From an uncultured delta proteobacterium (GTDB taxonomy: Bacteria > Desulfobacterota > Desulfobacteria > Desulfobacterales > Desulfatirhabdiaceae), in NCBI GenBank assembly GCA_963789395.1, contig CAWBKP010000010.1:109721-173720 (forward strand): a stretch of DNA of 64,000 nucleotides, read 5' to 3'. Positions 1 through 11,967 of this stretch are shown here, piece after piece. A model generated the notes under the pieces. That model ran no database searches. It saw only the letters and a program-made list of their open reading frames with translations, and was not told where the DNA came from. Within the stretch, counting starts at the first letter, position 1; every line of letters begins with the position of its first letter. A program made the translations under genes and the position numbers.

Positions 1-725
1 GCATCGATGAAATCATTGTCGGGCTTGGTCCCGGAGGAGAGGGCCGCCTGGAGGTGTTTAAATTGGTGGATCACCAGCTGAAACATGTCAAGTGGCTGCA
101 GACCGGCTGGCAGGATTACAACAGGGGCAACGGCGAGACCCGGCCTGCCTGCGGCGATCTGGACGGAAACGGCACGAAAGAGGTGATCGTCGGACTGGGG
201 CCGGTCAGCGGCAACCCGGATATCCCGGGCGGCGTCTTTTTCATCTTTGATCACACATCAGCCGGAAGTGCGGATCTTCAGGATTCCAGCCAAAGCGACG
301 CCAGCGGCTGGGGCGTGATCAGCTGGCCGGACTATAACCGTATCAACGGGGAGAGCTGGCCGGCCTGCGGGGATGTCAACGGCGACGGCAAGGATGAGAT
401 CGTGCTTGGTCTGGGCAAACAGGGCACAGGCCGGTTCGAAATACTGGGGTTTGACCTGGTGCAGAACAGTACCCAGCATATCGCCTGGCAGCAGAGCCTT
501 CTTTCCGCAGGTGCGGAAGTCCGCCCTGCCTGCGGCCATTTGGGGTCGGATGGCGGAGATGAAATTGTCATCGGATACATAAAGGACGGCGTTGGTATCA
601 TGGAAGTATTTGGAAATGCCTCTCAGGATTTTCAGCCGATCAGACAGGTGCAAACGCAGTTCAAGGCTTTCCGGAATCAGGAGAGCCAGATCTGGCCTGC
701 TGTTTTTCACCCGGAAAACCAATAG
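1..725 (+). CDS. FG-GAP/integrin-like beta-propeller repeat protein, C-terminal part (5' end outside window)
   Basis: Frame open from the window start (IDEIIVGLG...). Repeated PACGD[LV]xGxGxxE[IV][IV]xG motifs, at least 4 copies. Confidence 0.75.
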   Translation, partial: IDEIIVGLGPGGEGRLEVFKLVDHQLKHVKWLQTGWQDYNRGNGETRPACGDLDGNGTKEVIVGLGPVSGNPDIPGGVFFIFDHTSAGSADLQDSSQSDASGWGVISWPDYNRINGESWPACGDVNGDGKDEIVLGLGKQGTGRFEILGFDLVQNSTQHIAWQQSLLSAGAEVRPACGHLGSDGGDEIVIGYIKDGVGIMEVFGNASQDFQPIRQVQTQFKAFRNQESQIWPAVFHPENQ

Positions 726-727
726 AA

Positions 728-762
728 AAAAGGCGTGGGCTACTACAATAGCCCACGCCTTT
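728..762. terminator. Bidirectional intrinsic terminator
   Basis: aaaggcgtgggcta-ctacaa-tagcccacgccttt hairpin between convergent genes. Confidence 0.75.
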
Positions 763-928
763 CACTTGATATCACAATTTCAAAATGAAGCTTTAACTGA
801 CTTATTTATGATCCACTGATACAAGAAACCCGAATGTGAGCACCTATCATGATGCGCTTTATCGAATTTCAGTACAATCGATAACTTCTCAGTCAATTGA
901 CTTGGAAAGTTGATCAGAAAAAATATAG

Positions 929-1837
929 TTATTTAACCTTTAGATAATTTATGGAAATATTTAACATATCAACTATTTGTTCGATATCTTCCGTCATCAC
1001 AAAACGCATCAGGGGAACCGGTTGAAGGGGAGAAATCGCCACCTCGATAATGCCCGGATTTTTTATAAAATTCTGAACAGCCAGCAATCTATCCCTGCCC
1101 GCAGGCTGTTTTTGTTTCTGAATTTCCAGATTCAACTGATGGATGATATCGGAAACAAATTGATCTTCGCTTTGCCCGGACTGCCGGGCTCCGAGTCTGA
1201 ATGAGTCTTCGAACAATAGAATGATCCAGATAATTCAAGGTAATTCCGGATATTGCCACAGCCGGAACCAGAGCGATCAGCGTTAACGGATTACTTGGGA
1301 ACCGATTTGACAACAGCCAGGTCCAGGTTGTTCAACCGGGCGGTAACCTCAATCTGGCCCATGTCTGAAACACGGATGCGAACCTGCTGAATCTCCAGAT
1401 CTTTTTTCATCGGATCATAACGATAGGCATACTCCACATTGGCCTCAATATCTGCATACCCAAGCTGTGCCAGCACCGGCGCTACCCCCTTCATGAAGTG
1501 AATTGCTCCGGCTGATGTGAATTCCTTGAATTTCAACATGCATGAAAGAAGGAATTTCATTTTTGACGTCAAATGAATGCAGCATCAGCCTGTCAATGGC
1601 GACAGGACTGTCCGTATCCTTGATTTGAAGGGAAACCTGACTTACCTGGACGGTTTTTGAAAAAAGCCCCACATCCAGGGATTGGTAGGAGAGGCTGGAA
1701 ATCCTGTCTGTCTGATTTGCCCACTGTTGAATGCGGCTCCTGGCATCGTTTTCAATATAAATTTGAGCTCCCAGATAGGCGCCGGCACTCAGGATCAGCA
1801 GGAGTCCCGCTATAATTCCGATGTGTTTTCGGGTCAT
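929..1837 (-). CDS. Membrane-anchored hypothetical protein, split by indels
   Basis: N-terminal TM/signal segment (ORF 1445-1837) continues through ORFs 1291-1572, 1089-1313 and 929-1216 via frame switches. Confidence 0.55.
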
Positions 1838-1902
1838 TTTTCCTCCGTCATGTCGTCACATATTGAAAAAACGCTCTTAACCTGCTACAGTTGTCGCAGA
1901 TT

Positions 1903-2859
1903 ATGGAAATTCATATTACGTACACCCTTTTAGCGGCTTTTGTCCTGGATCTGATACTGGGAGATCCCCTCTGGCTGTTTCATCCGGTTCGATGGATGGG
2001 CACGGCCATTTCAAGAATGGAGCCGGTTTTCAGACGCCTGAAGATGCCTCTGGTCATTTCAGGCGCGCTGTTTGCCGGATCTCTGGTTTTGGGTGCATGG
2101 GGGATTGCCGATCTTCTGGTGTATCTGGCCGGCATCCTTCATCCGGTCTGCCGGCTTATCCTTGAAACCCTTTTGATTTATTATTGCATCAGTCCATCCT
2201 CTCTCAGAAAAGCAGCCATGGAAGTTGACCATGCGCTGATATCCAGCGGATTGCCGAAGGCGCGAAACAAGATTTCTTTTATTGTGGGACGTGAAACCGA
2301 ACATCTCTCGGAACAGGGGGTGATTCGTGCCGCTGTTGAAACCGTTGCCGAAAATCTGGTGGACGGCATCATCTCTCCGCTGTTTTATGCCGCCATCGGC
2401 GGCGCACCGCTGGCCATCGCCTACCGGATGGTGAACACCCTGGATTCCATGGTCGGCTACCGCAATGACGTTTATCTGCATTTTGGCAAGGTTTCCGCAC
2501 GGCTGGACGATATCGCCAATTTTATTCCCGCGCGGCTTTCGGTTCCGGTTATCGCTTTCGCAGCACAACTCTTATCCGGGAGTGGAAAGCGCGCCTTCCA
2601 AACCGCTGTTCATGAAGGAGCGCATCATGCCAGTCCGAATTCCGGTTATTCAGAGGCTGCTTTTGCCGGAGCGCTGTCCGTTAAACTGAACGGCCCGAGC
2701 ACATATCATGGCAAGCTGGTCAACAAACCCTATCATCGGCATTGCCTTTGGGAATGTGACGCGAAGCGATATCCGAAAAGCCTGCGATCTGATGCTTCTC
2801 TGTTCATTTCTGTGGACATTTCTCCTGGCAGTCATTTCCGCTGTCGCGATAACCCTTGA
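1903..2859 (+). CDS. cbiB: Adenosylcobinamide-phosphate synthase CbiB (indel near 2730; true 3' end uncertain)
   Basis: Motifs LDLILGDP..HPV, ETVAEN.VDG, YRMVNTLDSMVGY, ARLDDIANFIPARL, H.SPNSG.SEAAFAGAL. Confidence 0.9.
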   Translation: MEIHITYTLLAAFVLDLILGDPLWLFHPVRWMGTAISRMEPVFRRLKMPLVISGALFAGSLVLGAWGIADLLVYLAGILHPVCRLILETLLIYYCISPSSLRKAAMEVDHALISSGLPKARNKISFIVGRETEHLSEQGVIRAAVETVAENLVDGIISPLFYAAIGGAPLAIAYRMVNTLDSMVGYRNDVYLHFGKVSARLDDIANFIPARLSVPVIAFAAQLLSGSGKRAFQTAVHEGAHHASPNSGYSEAAFAGALSVKLNGPSTYHGKLVNKPYHRHCLWECDAKRYPKSLRSDASLFISVDISPGSHFRCRDNP

Positions 2860-2938
2860 CCCCTTCGTCATATTACTGCTTTCAGTTCGGCGCAACCCTT
2901 CTTCTTCCGTCATTAACCCCAAAAAGCTGCTGGCCGCC

Positions 2939-3733
2939 ATGTATCCCCAACTGCCCAAATCCTATAAAAACGCCTATCCATTTAAGATCAGCGCACCTTC
3001 GTTTATCTATCCGGATGACTACATCCCCAATGTTCAGAGTGCTGGGGCCCTTTCTGGACGAAATCGAACTGCTGTGTTTTGAAAGCCACGCGTCTTCCTT
3101 GCCGTCCCCAGAGACGATCCGGGAACTGGAATCTCTGGCAAAGGAATTCCGGTTCACTTATAATGTTCATCTCCCGTCGGATCATGGACCCGGGAAGCCC
3201 GGAACGCAAGGAACAAAATCGGTTTGTTGAAAACATTCTTCGCGTCATGGATATCACCCGGCCCTTGGAGCCCACAACCTATATCCTTCATCTTCCCTAT
3301 AATCAAGCTCCGATTGGAAGAATTTGCGACAAAGCCTGGCAGAGCCGGATTTCAGACTGCCTCCGACAGATTAAGGGATGCAGGGGTTCAGGGTCCTGCC
3401 CTTTCCGTAGAGACGCTCGACTATCCGCTGGAATGGATTGAACAGATTCTTCGGGAATATGACCTTCGCGTATGCCTGGATATGGGGCATCTGATCGTAA
3501 ATCATGAAAATATCGAAACCACATATCATCGTTTTGCCGGACAAACGCCGATGATTCATTTACATGGCGTTAAAAACGGAAAGGATCACCTGGCTCTGGA
3601 TGTCTTTGATCAGAGCTGGCTTGACAGGATATTCTCCTTACTCAAGCAGTTTACCGGAACTGTATCCATTGAAGTTTTTTCGTACAATCACCTTCTGGCT
3701 TCCCTTGCGGTACTGGAAAGGAATATGGGGTAA
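2939..3733 (+). CDS. cbiR: Cobamide remodeling phosphodiesterase CbiR-like TIM-barrel protein, split by indels
   Basis: Stitched motifs: PSFIYPDDYIPNV..L..FLDEIELLCFES, YNVHLP, YILHL, LSVETLDY, CLDMGHL, IHLHGV..GKDH..L, SIEVFS. Directly follows cbiB. Confidence 0.75.
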
Positions 3734-3742
3734 AAGGCATTC

Positions 3743-4636
3743 ATGTCCAATCATTCAAAAGGACTGATGATGATCAGCATAACGGCCGTCCTCTGGGGCA
3801 TCTTGGCCATTGTGCTCAAATATGCGCTGCAGCGGTTCAGCGGCAATACCATCATCTGGTTTCGGTTTACGTTTTCATTGGTATTTCTGGCAGGGTATTA
3901 TCTCATTCATCGTCCCCAGTTTTTTGAAATCCTGATAAAGCCTCCGATTCTGGGAATCCTCGCCGGACTTGCCATGGCCGGTAACTATCTCGGTTTTACC
4001 AGCGGCGTGGGCCTGACCTCTCCCAGCAATGCCCAGATACTGATCCAGATCTCTCCGCTTCTGGTGGCGGTTGTGGGCGTTGTCTATTTCAAGGAACGCC
4101 TCACCCTTCTTCAGAAGTCCGGCTTTGGCATTGCAGCCGCAGGTTTTCTGCTGTTTTACTGGGATCAGCTTCATCACCTGGTGATCTCCTCCCAGCAATA
4201 CTCTCGCGGCAACATCTGGATCATTTTTGCAGCCATCACCTGGGCATTTTTTGCAGTATGCCAGAAGCTTCTGGTGCGAATCTGGACCCCGCAGCAGACC
4301 AATTTGCTGATTTATCTGGTTGCCGCCCTGGTCTTTTCCCCCCTGGCCGTTTTTCATGAATTTCAGGGACTGGGCCTTTCGGACTGGCTGACGCTGATAT
4401 TCCTGGGCGCCAATACCCTCATTGCCTATGGCACCCTGGGCGAAGCCCTCAAACTGCTTCCGGCCAACCAGGTCAGCGCCATTATTGTCCTGAACCCGCT
4501 GATTACCATGATTGTCGTCGGTGTTCTTTCGGTTCAGAAACTTCCCTGGCTTTCATCTGAAAGCACCACCATGGTCGGTTATGCCGGAGCGCTGTTTCTC
4601 CTGGCAGGCGTGGGACTGGTCGTTAAAAAAGAATGA
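3743..4636 (+). CDS. DMT/EamA family transporter
   Basis: About 10 hydrophobic segments with EamA-type repeats (LWG..., FKERLT). Confidence 0.9.
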   Translation: MSNHSKGLMMISITAVLWGILAIVLKYALQRFSGNTIIWFRFTFSLVFLAGYYLIHRPQFFEILIKPPILGILAGLAMAGNYLGFTSGVGLTSPSNAQILIQISPLLVAVVGVVYFKERLTLLQKSGFGIAAAGFLLFYWDQLHHLVISSQQYSRGNIWIIFAAITWAFFAVCQKLLVRIWTPQQTNLLIYLVAALVFSPLAVFHEFQGLGLSDWLTLIFLGANTLIAYGTLGEALKLLPANQVSAIIVLNPLITMIVVGVLSVQKLPWLSSESTTMVGYAGALFLLAGVGLVVKKE

Positions 4637-4666
4637 TTCGTGTCTGAACCGAAAGATCGTTCAGAG

Positions 4667-4796
4667 AAACTCCGAATACCAGAATTCGAATGTCTAAATG
4701 ACTAAGCTTGTCAGTTTGATAACTGAAACTTCTATGCACTAAGCGTAATTAATTTCCGTCATTGTTTCGTATTTCATGCTTTGAATTTCGAATTTA
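4667..4796. repeat. Heptamer-periodic imperfect inverted repeat
   Basis: Left arm aaactcc-gaatacc-agaattc-gaatgtc-taaatgac. Right arm reverse complement aaattcg-aaattca-aagcatg-aaatacg-aaacaatgac. Confidence 0.55.
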
Positions 4797-4938
4797 CAAA
4801 TGATCAGATTCACAACGTGAGCAATATGCCCCTGATCACATAGGATATGGGTCGTGGCTTTGAGGTTTCAAAACAACCGCCCTGATCAATGGCCACATTT
4901 CATTTTTTCATGATTTTCGAACCGTCTTCAGATCCTGG

Positions 4939-5700
4939 TCATTTGCTGACCTTGAGTTTTTGCCCGGTACGAATCGATATCTGTTGGGCCCATGTTGTTT
5001 AACCGCTGCAACTCATCAACAGTCATCCCATAGGACTTGCTGATGCCATACAAGGTTTCCAGGGGTTTGACTTCATGATATTTTTCGGCTGACGTCTTTT
5101 TCTCTGGTGGTTCAACCGTGTTTGGCCGGACTGGCGGCCTCTGTTTTAGGCAGCAGCCGGCTGTTTCGGCGCTGGTTCTGTTTTGATCTGGCCAGCTGGC
5201 TGCTTTCGGCGCAGATTCTGTTTTTCGACGCTGCTGACGCTTTCGACGGAGCGCTGTTTGTGAATGGATTCGATTTCCCTTGTCATCTGGTCAAGCCGCT
5301 GCGTGGTTGAGGCTCCCAGCTTGTCGAGTCTTGCCGACACCTGTTCAAGTTTGTCCTCCTGAAGGGCGAGTTGAGCAACTTTCTGGTAATTCTGTTCCAT
5401 CTCCGCCAGCTTGGTTTCCATTTTTTTCAGTTTTGCTTCCATCTCGGTGATCGGCTTGGTATCGGCCGGGTTCTGCAACATGGGAAGAAACACGAAAAAA
5501 GCAAGCAGAACAAATACGCAGGCGCCGACAATGACCAACAGCAACCCACTGTTTTTACTCAGATTGGACATAAAACTCTCCACATTCCCTTTTTTCCAGG
5601 GGGAATAGGCATCTTCCGGATAATAATCTTCGTCCGGACCCTGTTCCGCTTCAGTGCCTCTCTTGTCTCTGAATGTATCACGCGAAATTCTTTCTGGCAT
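4939..5700 (-). CDS. Membrane-anchored coiled-coil protein with C-terminal LysM domain, split by indels
   Basis: TM helix plus coiled coil (ORF 5146-5700). Downstream frame reads YHEVKPLETLYGISKSYGMTVDELQRLN...GQKLKV (LysM). Confidence 0.75.
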
Positions 5701-5844
5701 AATCTTCCTCCACCTTGATAAGGATTAAAGGATAAGGTGCTATGGATCCGTTGCAAGGAGACGACTTCAATTCTTACAACAATAGCCGTCAGTCACACTG
5801 ATTATCCTCTATTTTTGTCGGAAATCAATTCCGACCTTTCACTG

Positions 5845-6990
5845 TTAAGAGCTTATTTGCGCATAAAAAAACTGAATTCTGTCCACGACATATTCCTGTT
5901 GAGCCGCTGTCAGCTCCGGATAAACGGGAAGGGCCAACGTCTGATCGGCTGCACGTTCGGCTTCCGGAAAATCCCTTTTCCCGTAATTCAAAAATGAAAA
6001 ACACTTCTGAAGGTGCAGCGGCACCGGATAATACACTTCGGTTCCGATCTCCGATTCCAGTAAAAACGCCCGAAGTTCATCTCTTTTTTCGGCAACGCGG
6101 ATGACATACTGATTGAACGTATGCCTGGTTTCTTTTTCAACGGGCAGCATCACCCGGTCCCCCAGGCCGCACTGCGAAAACAGGCTGCGATAAGTCGCTG
6201 CATGATCCTGACGCATCTTTGTCCATTGATCCAGATAATTCAACTTGACGGATACGATGGCTGCCTGAAGCGCATCCAGCCTGAAATTGCCCCCGATCAG
6301 GCTGTGATAATATTTGGGGTGAGAGCCATGATTCCGCAGCATGACCAGGGTGTCATGAAAGGCTTTGGACTGGGTGGTTACCATGCCGCCGTCTCCAAAC
6401 GCGCCAAGATTTTTGGATGGAAAAAAGGAAAAACATCCGAAATCGCCCATTTCCCCTGCCCTTCTGCCCTTGTATTCGGCGCCGATGGCCTGAGCCGCAT
6501 CTTCGATTACCGTCAGATGATTCTCCCTGGCGATTTCAAGGATCGGATCCATGTCCGCGCACTGCCCGTAGAGATGCACCGGAATGATGGCTTTCAGACG
6601 CTTCCTTTCCGCGGGGCTCATCCCTTCTATGGCGGCTGAAATGCCGTCAGGGGAGATGTTATAGGTTGCCGGATCAATATCCACAAAACAGGGACGCGCC
6701 CCCACACGGGAAATCGAACCCGCGGTTGCAAAAAAAGTATACGGCGTTGTAATGACAATATCGTCTGCGGTTATGCCGGATGCCATCAAGGCAATGATCA
6801 GTGCGTCGGTCCCCGAAGAAACCCCCAGCGCATGGGCGGCATGGCAGTACTGCGCCACTTGTTTTTCCAAAGCTTCAACATGCGGCCCCAGAATAAAATA
6901 CTGGCTGTCGTAGATTTCTTCCGTGACCCTGAGAACATCCTGCTTGATCAGTTGATACTGACATTTTAAATCCAGAAGGGGAACTTTCAT
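5845..6990 (-). CDS. DegT/DnrJ/EryC1/StrS family PLP-dependent aminotransferase
   Basis: Motifs VSSGTDAL, PVHLYGQ, EDAAQAIGA, SFFPSKNLGAFGDGG. Confidence 0.95.
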   Translation of the reverse strand: MKVPLLDLKCQYQLIKQDVLRVTEEIYDSQYFILGPHVEALEKQVAQYCHAAHALGVSSGTDALIIALMASGITADDIVITTPYTFFATAGSISRVGARPCFVDIDPATYNISPDGISAAIEGMSPAERKRLKAIIPVHLYGQCADMDPILEIARENHLTVIEDAAQAIGAEYKGRRAGEMGDFGCFSFFPSKNLGAFGDGGMVTTQSKAFHDTLVMLRNHGSHPKYYHSLIGGNFRLDALQAAIVSVKLNYLDQWTKMRQDHAATYRSLFSQCGLGDRVMLPVEKETRHTFNQYVIRVAEKRDELRAFLLESEIGTEVYYPVPLHLQKCFSFLNYGKRDFPEAERAADQTLALPVYPELTAAQQEYVVDRIQFFYAQISS

Positions 6991-7062
6991 TTAACCTCGG
7001 TTCAAAAGAAGGGGCGGCTTTAAAACCTCCCCTACATATGGTTTGACTGGGTATTCATATTG

Positions 7063-8435
7063 TTATGCCATTTCAGCCGCCGTCGTTATTTGAATCATGA
7101 CCAGCGTATCGTTATTGTCATTTTCAATCACCGCTTGTTTTTCCGGCGCAAGATACAGGGATTCACCGGCCTGAAGCGTCATGGACTCCGGATCCGAGCG
7201 TTGCGCCGGCAAGTCCGCCGACAATGACCAGGGTTTTGGATTCCGGTGGCTCTGCCTTAACAGTCACCGTTGATCCCGGATATACGATCATTCGGCCAAC
7301 CCGGTAATGGTCTTTTGTTTCCAGAGATGTCAAACTTCCCCAGGGCTTGGACGCGGTGGTATGCTGCTGGCACTCCCATCGCCCCTTTTCCTTGAGGGTG
7401 GTCACAATGGATTTGACATCGCGGCTGTTTTCAATATCCGAGACAAATATCGAATCCGGGGTTTCCACAATCACCACATTGTTCAGGTGATTGGCGGCAA
7501 TCAGCCGTTCATGCCCCATGACAAAACAGTGATGCGAGTCATTGCAGATGACATCGCCATGAAGAACATTCTGATTTTCATCCTTCGGCAGAAAATCATA
7601 CAGCGATTTCCAGGACCCGATATCGCTCCAGCCAAAATCCGAAGGCAGCACCGCACCTTTTTGCGTTTTCTCCATAACCGCCACGTCAATGGAAATATTG
7701 GGAAGCAATTGATAGTCTTCCAGCGGCAAGGCCTGCCGGATCCGCTGCAAGGGTTTTTATTCGATGATAGAGATCCGGTTGAAATGTTTTGAATTCTTCC
7801 GCCACAACCGATGCTTTAAAAGCGAACATGCCGCTGTTCCAGAAATAATTGCCTGCCGCGACATAATGCCTGGCGGTCTGAAGATCGGGTTTTTCCACAA
7901 ACCGGTTTATGGAAAGCGCGCCTTCGGAAATCAGGGTTTGTCCTTCGATATAGCCATAACCGGTTTCCGGATACCCCGGCCGGATGCCGAAGGTAACGAT
8001 ATAATCCGCTGCCGCCAGACGAATGGCGGATGCCAGTTTGCCGTGGAAACTGTCCACATCCTGTATCACATGATCCGCGGGGAAAATACAGAGAATGGCA
8101 TCGGATTCGTTTCGAAGAATGTCAAAGAGCGCCAGAAGAATGGCCGGAGCCGTATTGCGTCCGCAGGGCTCGCTGATCACGTTCCCATTGGCGCTGATGC
8201 CAATGGATTCGATATGCCTGGATATTTCCAGGGAATGCTCCCTGCCGCAGACAATTTTCACCCTGCTGCTGTCCAGAACCGGCGAAAGGCGCTTGATGGT
8301 GCTCTGGATCAGGGAATCGTTTCCGATAAAGCGGACCAGTTGTTTGGGATACAATTCCCGCGACACCGGCCAGAGCCGCGTCCCGGAGCCGCCGGCAAGC
8401 AGCACCGGATAGACCGGAAGATGGGAATGGATCAT
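7063..8435 (-). CDS. manC: Mannose-1-phosphate guanylyltransferase / mannose-6-phosphate isomerase, split by indels
   Basis: Motifs LAGGSGTRLWPVSR..YPKQ, EP.GRNTAPA, FVEKP, WNSGMF, SIDVAVMEK, GWSDIGSW; C-terminal cupin-like segment. Confidence 0.9.
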
Positions 8436-8436
8436 T

Positions 8437-11400
8437 TCAGGATTTCCCTTTTCTGTTAGGATAAGCGTCTTTGGATCGCGCAGCGGAAATTGCGGGGCTG
8501 CAATCCGTCTGAACCGCCGGATATCCCAGAAGCGCGTCGATATCACGTTTGAGCTTGCTTCCTGCCTTTACTTTCAACTGCTCGGGAAGGGATATGACAA
8601 TCTGGGTATGGTCCGGGCTGTTCAGGCGCAGAATCGCCGGACAGGCGCCCGGATGGCTGCCCATGACATCCCGAAGCCTGAGCAGGGTCTCCCGCTGGAC
8701 CCGGGACAGGTCAATATTCACATGAAGGGTTGCCGCCCAGGTTTCCTCGGCCTTTTCCAGAGGAATCAGGGTTTCCGCCAGGATTTTGACCGCATTATCG
8801 TCTTTTTGAACTGCTCCCTGAACCATGATGGCGCCATCGCCGGACAACAGATCGCTGACAGCCGCATAAAGATTCGAAAAAACCGTGATCTCGACGCTGC
8901 CGTTCATGTCTTCCAGGGTGACAAAGGCCATCAGCTCATCGCGCCGGGTTTTGATCACTTTGACGTTTCGGACGATGCCGCCGATGCGAATGGCCTCGCC
9001 ATCCGCTTTGTCTGAAAGAGAAAGGGAGTCTGCGGTCGCAAACTTATCCAGAATATCCTCAAATCCCTGCAAGGGATGGCCGGTAATATAAAACCCCAGG
9101 GTTTCCTTCTCCAGCAGGAGCCGCTGTTTTTCATCCCATTCCGCCATATCGGGAAGCGGGGAATGGCCGATTTTCTGCTCTCCCTTGACGCTTCCGCCAA
9201 AAAGGCCCATTTGGGGATCCGAGCGCTTCCGGTGAACCAGTTGCCCGTAGTCAACGGCATCCTCAATGGCGGCCATGAGCTGGGAACGCCTGGCGCCGGT
9301 TGAATCAAAAGCCCCGCATTTGATCAGGCTCTCAATCACCCGCTTGTTGACTTTTTTCAGCTCCACCCGTTCACAAAAATCAAATAAAGACGTAAACCTG
9401 CCTTTTTTGCGTTCCTCGATAATGCTTTCGATGGCAGCCCTCGCCGACATTCTTGACGGCAACCAGGCCGAACCGGATTTTGGAACCCGCAACCGTAAAG
9501 CTTTTTTCGCTTTCGTTGATATCCGGAGGCAGCACTTCGATATCATGGCTGCGACATTCGGCAATGTATTTGACCACGCCGTCCGAGGAGTTCATTTCGC
9601 TGGTCAGAAGGGCCGCCAGAAGCTCAACCGGATAATGGGCCTTTAAATAAGCGGTCTGATAGGCGATCAGGGCATAAGCGGCGCTGTGGGATTTATTGAA
9701 TCCATATCGCCCGAATTTTTCCATCAGGTCAAAGATCTGGCTGGCTTTATCCTTGGGAATGCCTTTCTCCTGAGCCCCCTGAACAAATCGGTCCCGGTGT
9801 TTGGCCATGATTTCGGCAATCTTTTTCCCCATGGCTTTTCGCAGGTCATCGGCTTCGGACATGGTATAATTGGCCAGCTCGGCCGCAATTTTCATGACCT
9901 GTTCCTGGTACACGATAACGCCGTAGGTTTCCTTTAATACCGGCGCCAGCTCGGGCACCAGATATTCCACGTTTTTCCGGCCATGCTTGCGGTCCACAAA
10001 ATCATCCACCATGCCGCTTTCCAGAGGACCCGGACGATAAAGCGCCACCAGGGCCGTGACATCGTCAAAGCATTCGGGCTTCAGGCGGACGAGCAGGTCC
10101 TTCATGCCGGAGCTTTCCAGTTGAAAGACGCCGGTGGTGTCCCCGGAAGCCAGCAGGCGATAGGTATCGGGATCGGAAAAATCCAGATCCAGAAGATCCG
10201 GAGGCGTTTTCCCCTGGTCCTTGATCATTTGAAGGGCCCCGGCAATGACCGTAAGGTTTCGAAGCCCCAGAAAATCAAATTTGACCAGGCCGATTTTCTC
10301 CACGCATTTCATGTCAAACTGGGTGACAACTTCCCCTTTTTTCCCCCGGTACATGGGCAGGTAATCCACCAGGGGCCGATCTCCGATGACCACACCCGCG
10401 GCATGGGTTGAGGCGTGACGGGGAAGCCCTTCCAGAACCCTGCAGATGTTGATGAGATCCTCAACTTCCGGCCTGCTTTCCACCATTTCCGCAAGTTTCG
10501 GCTCCTGTTTAAGCGCCTCATCCAGGCTGATGTTGAGCACATCCGGAACCAGTTTGGCGATGGCGTCCACTTCGCGCAGGGGAATGTCCAGGGCCCGTCC
10601 CACATCCCGGATCACAGCCCGGGTTTTGAGCTTTCCAAAGGTAATGATCTGGCTGACATAATCGCCCCCGCCGTAGCGGTCCACCACATATTTATACACC
10701 TGCTCCCGGCCGTTGATGCAGAAATCCACGTCAATATCCGGCATGCTTTTCCGGCCGGGATTCAGAAACCGCTCAAATATCAGTCCGTGCTCCAGGGGAT
10801 CCAGATCGGTGATTCCCAGAGAAAAGGCCACCAGGCTTCCGGCCGCGGAGCCTCGGCCAGGACCCACGGGGATCTGATGCTCCTTGGCATACTGGATAAA
10901 ATCCGCAACAATCAAAAAATAGCCGGGAAACCCCATCTCCTTGATGGCGGCCATTTCATATTCAAGGCGGGCCAGATAGGGCTTTTCATCCTGATCCGGG
11001 TGTTTTTTCAGAATCTGGCGCCATATCCGCGCATACCCTGTCCGGGTTTTTTCATCAAAGATATCGTCCGCAGAGCGCTCGCCCGTGGATTCATATTTGG
11101 GGAAATGAAAGGTCTTGAAATCAAATTCCAGATTGCATCGGCTGGCAATATCGACGGTATTGGCAAGAGCGCCGGGATAGGATTTGAAATCCGCGACCAT
11201 TTCATCCCGGGACTTGAAATAGAGCTGGTCCGTCCGGAATTTGAAGCGCTCCGAATCATGAATGGTTTTTCCGGTCTGAATACAGAGCAGCACATCATGG
11301 GCCCGGACATCGTCCTGATCCAGATAATGGCAGTCGTTGGTCGCAACCATCGGAATGGAAAGCCGCCGGCTCATATCGAGCAGGGTCTGATTGACGTGAT

Positions 11401-11950
11401 CCTGGATGTCGATGCCGTTGTTCTGAACCTCCAGGAAAAAATTCCCCTCGCCAAAAAGGCTGAGATAAAACCTGGCGGCTTCATCCGCTGCATCCTGCCG
11501 GCCGTCCTTGATGAGCCTGGGAATCTCGCCATGAAGACAGGCGGAAAGGGCAATGAGCCCCTTGGCGTGATCCTTGAGGATATCCTTGTCAATCCGGGGT
11601 TTGTAGTAAAACCCCTCAAGCTGCGCAATGGTGGCCAGTTTGCAGAGATTTCGGTAGCCTTCCTCATTTTCGGCCAGCAAAATGATATGAGAAAGCCCTT
11701 TATTGTCCTGGGCGGTTTTTTCGGCAATGGAACGCGGCGCAATATAGCATTCGCACCCGATGACCGGTTTGATGCCGGCTTTAAGGGCTTTTTCATAAAA
11801 CTCGACGGTCCCGAACATGGTGCCGTGATCGGTAATGGCGACGCTGTCCATGCCGTATGTTTTCACCCGCTGCAAGAGCGGCTCTATGCGAATGGCGCCA
11901 TCCAGAAGGCTGTACTGGGTATGAACGTGAAGATGGACAAAATCGGTCAT
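8437..11950 (-). CDS. dnaE: DNA polymerase III alpha subunit (one indel near 9430)
   Basis: PHP motif FVHLHVHTQYSLLDGA, GPGRGSAAGS, MPDIDVDF, YGFNKSHSAAY; OB-fold in ORF 8437-9564. Confidence 0.97.
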
Positions 11951-11967
11951 TGTATCCTTAAAAAGCA

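Noticed and set aside
1838..1902. Cobalamin riboswitch upstream of cbiB
   Set aside because: The divergent spacer is too short and has no B12-box.
9380..9564. Split dnaE as a programmed frameshift or split intein
   Set aside because: No intein motifs; similar indels occur throughout the window, so assembly error is more likely.
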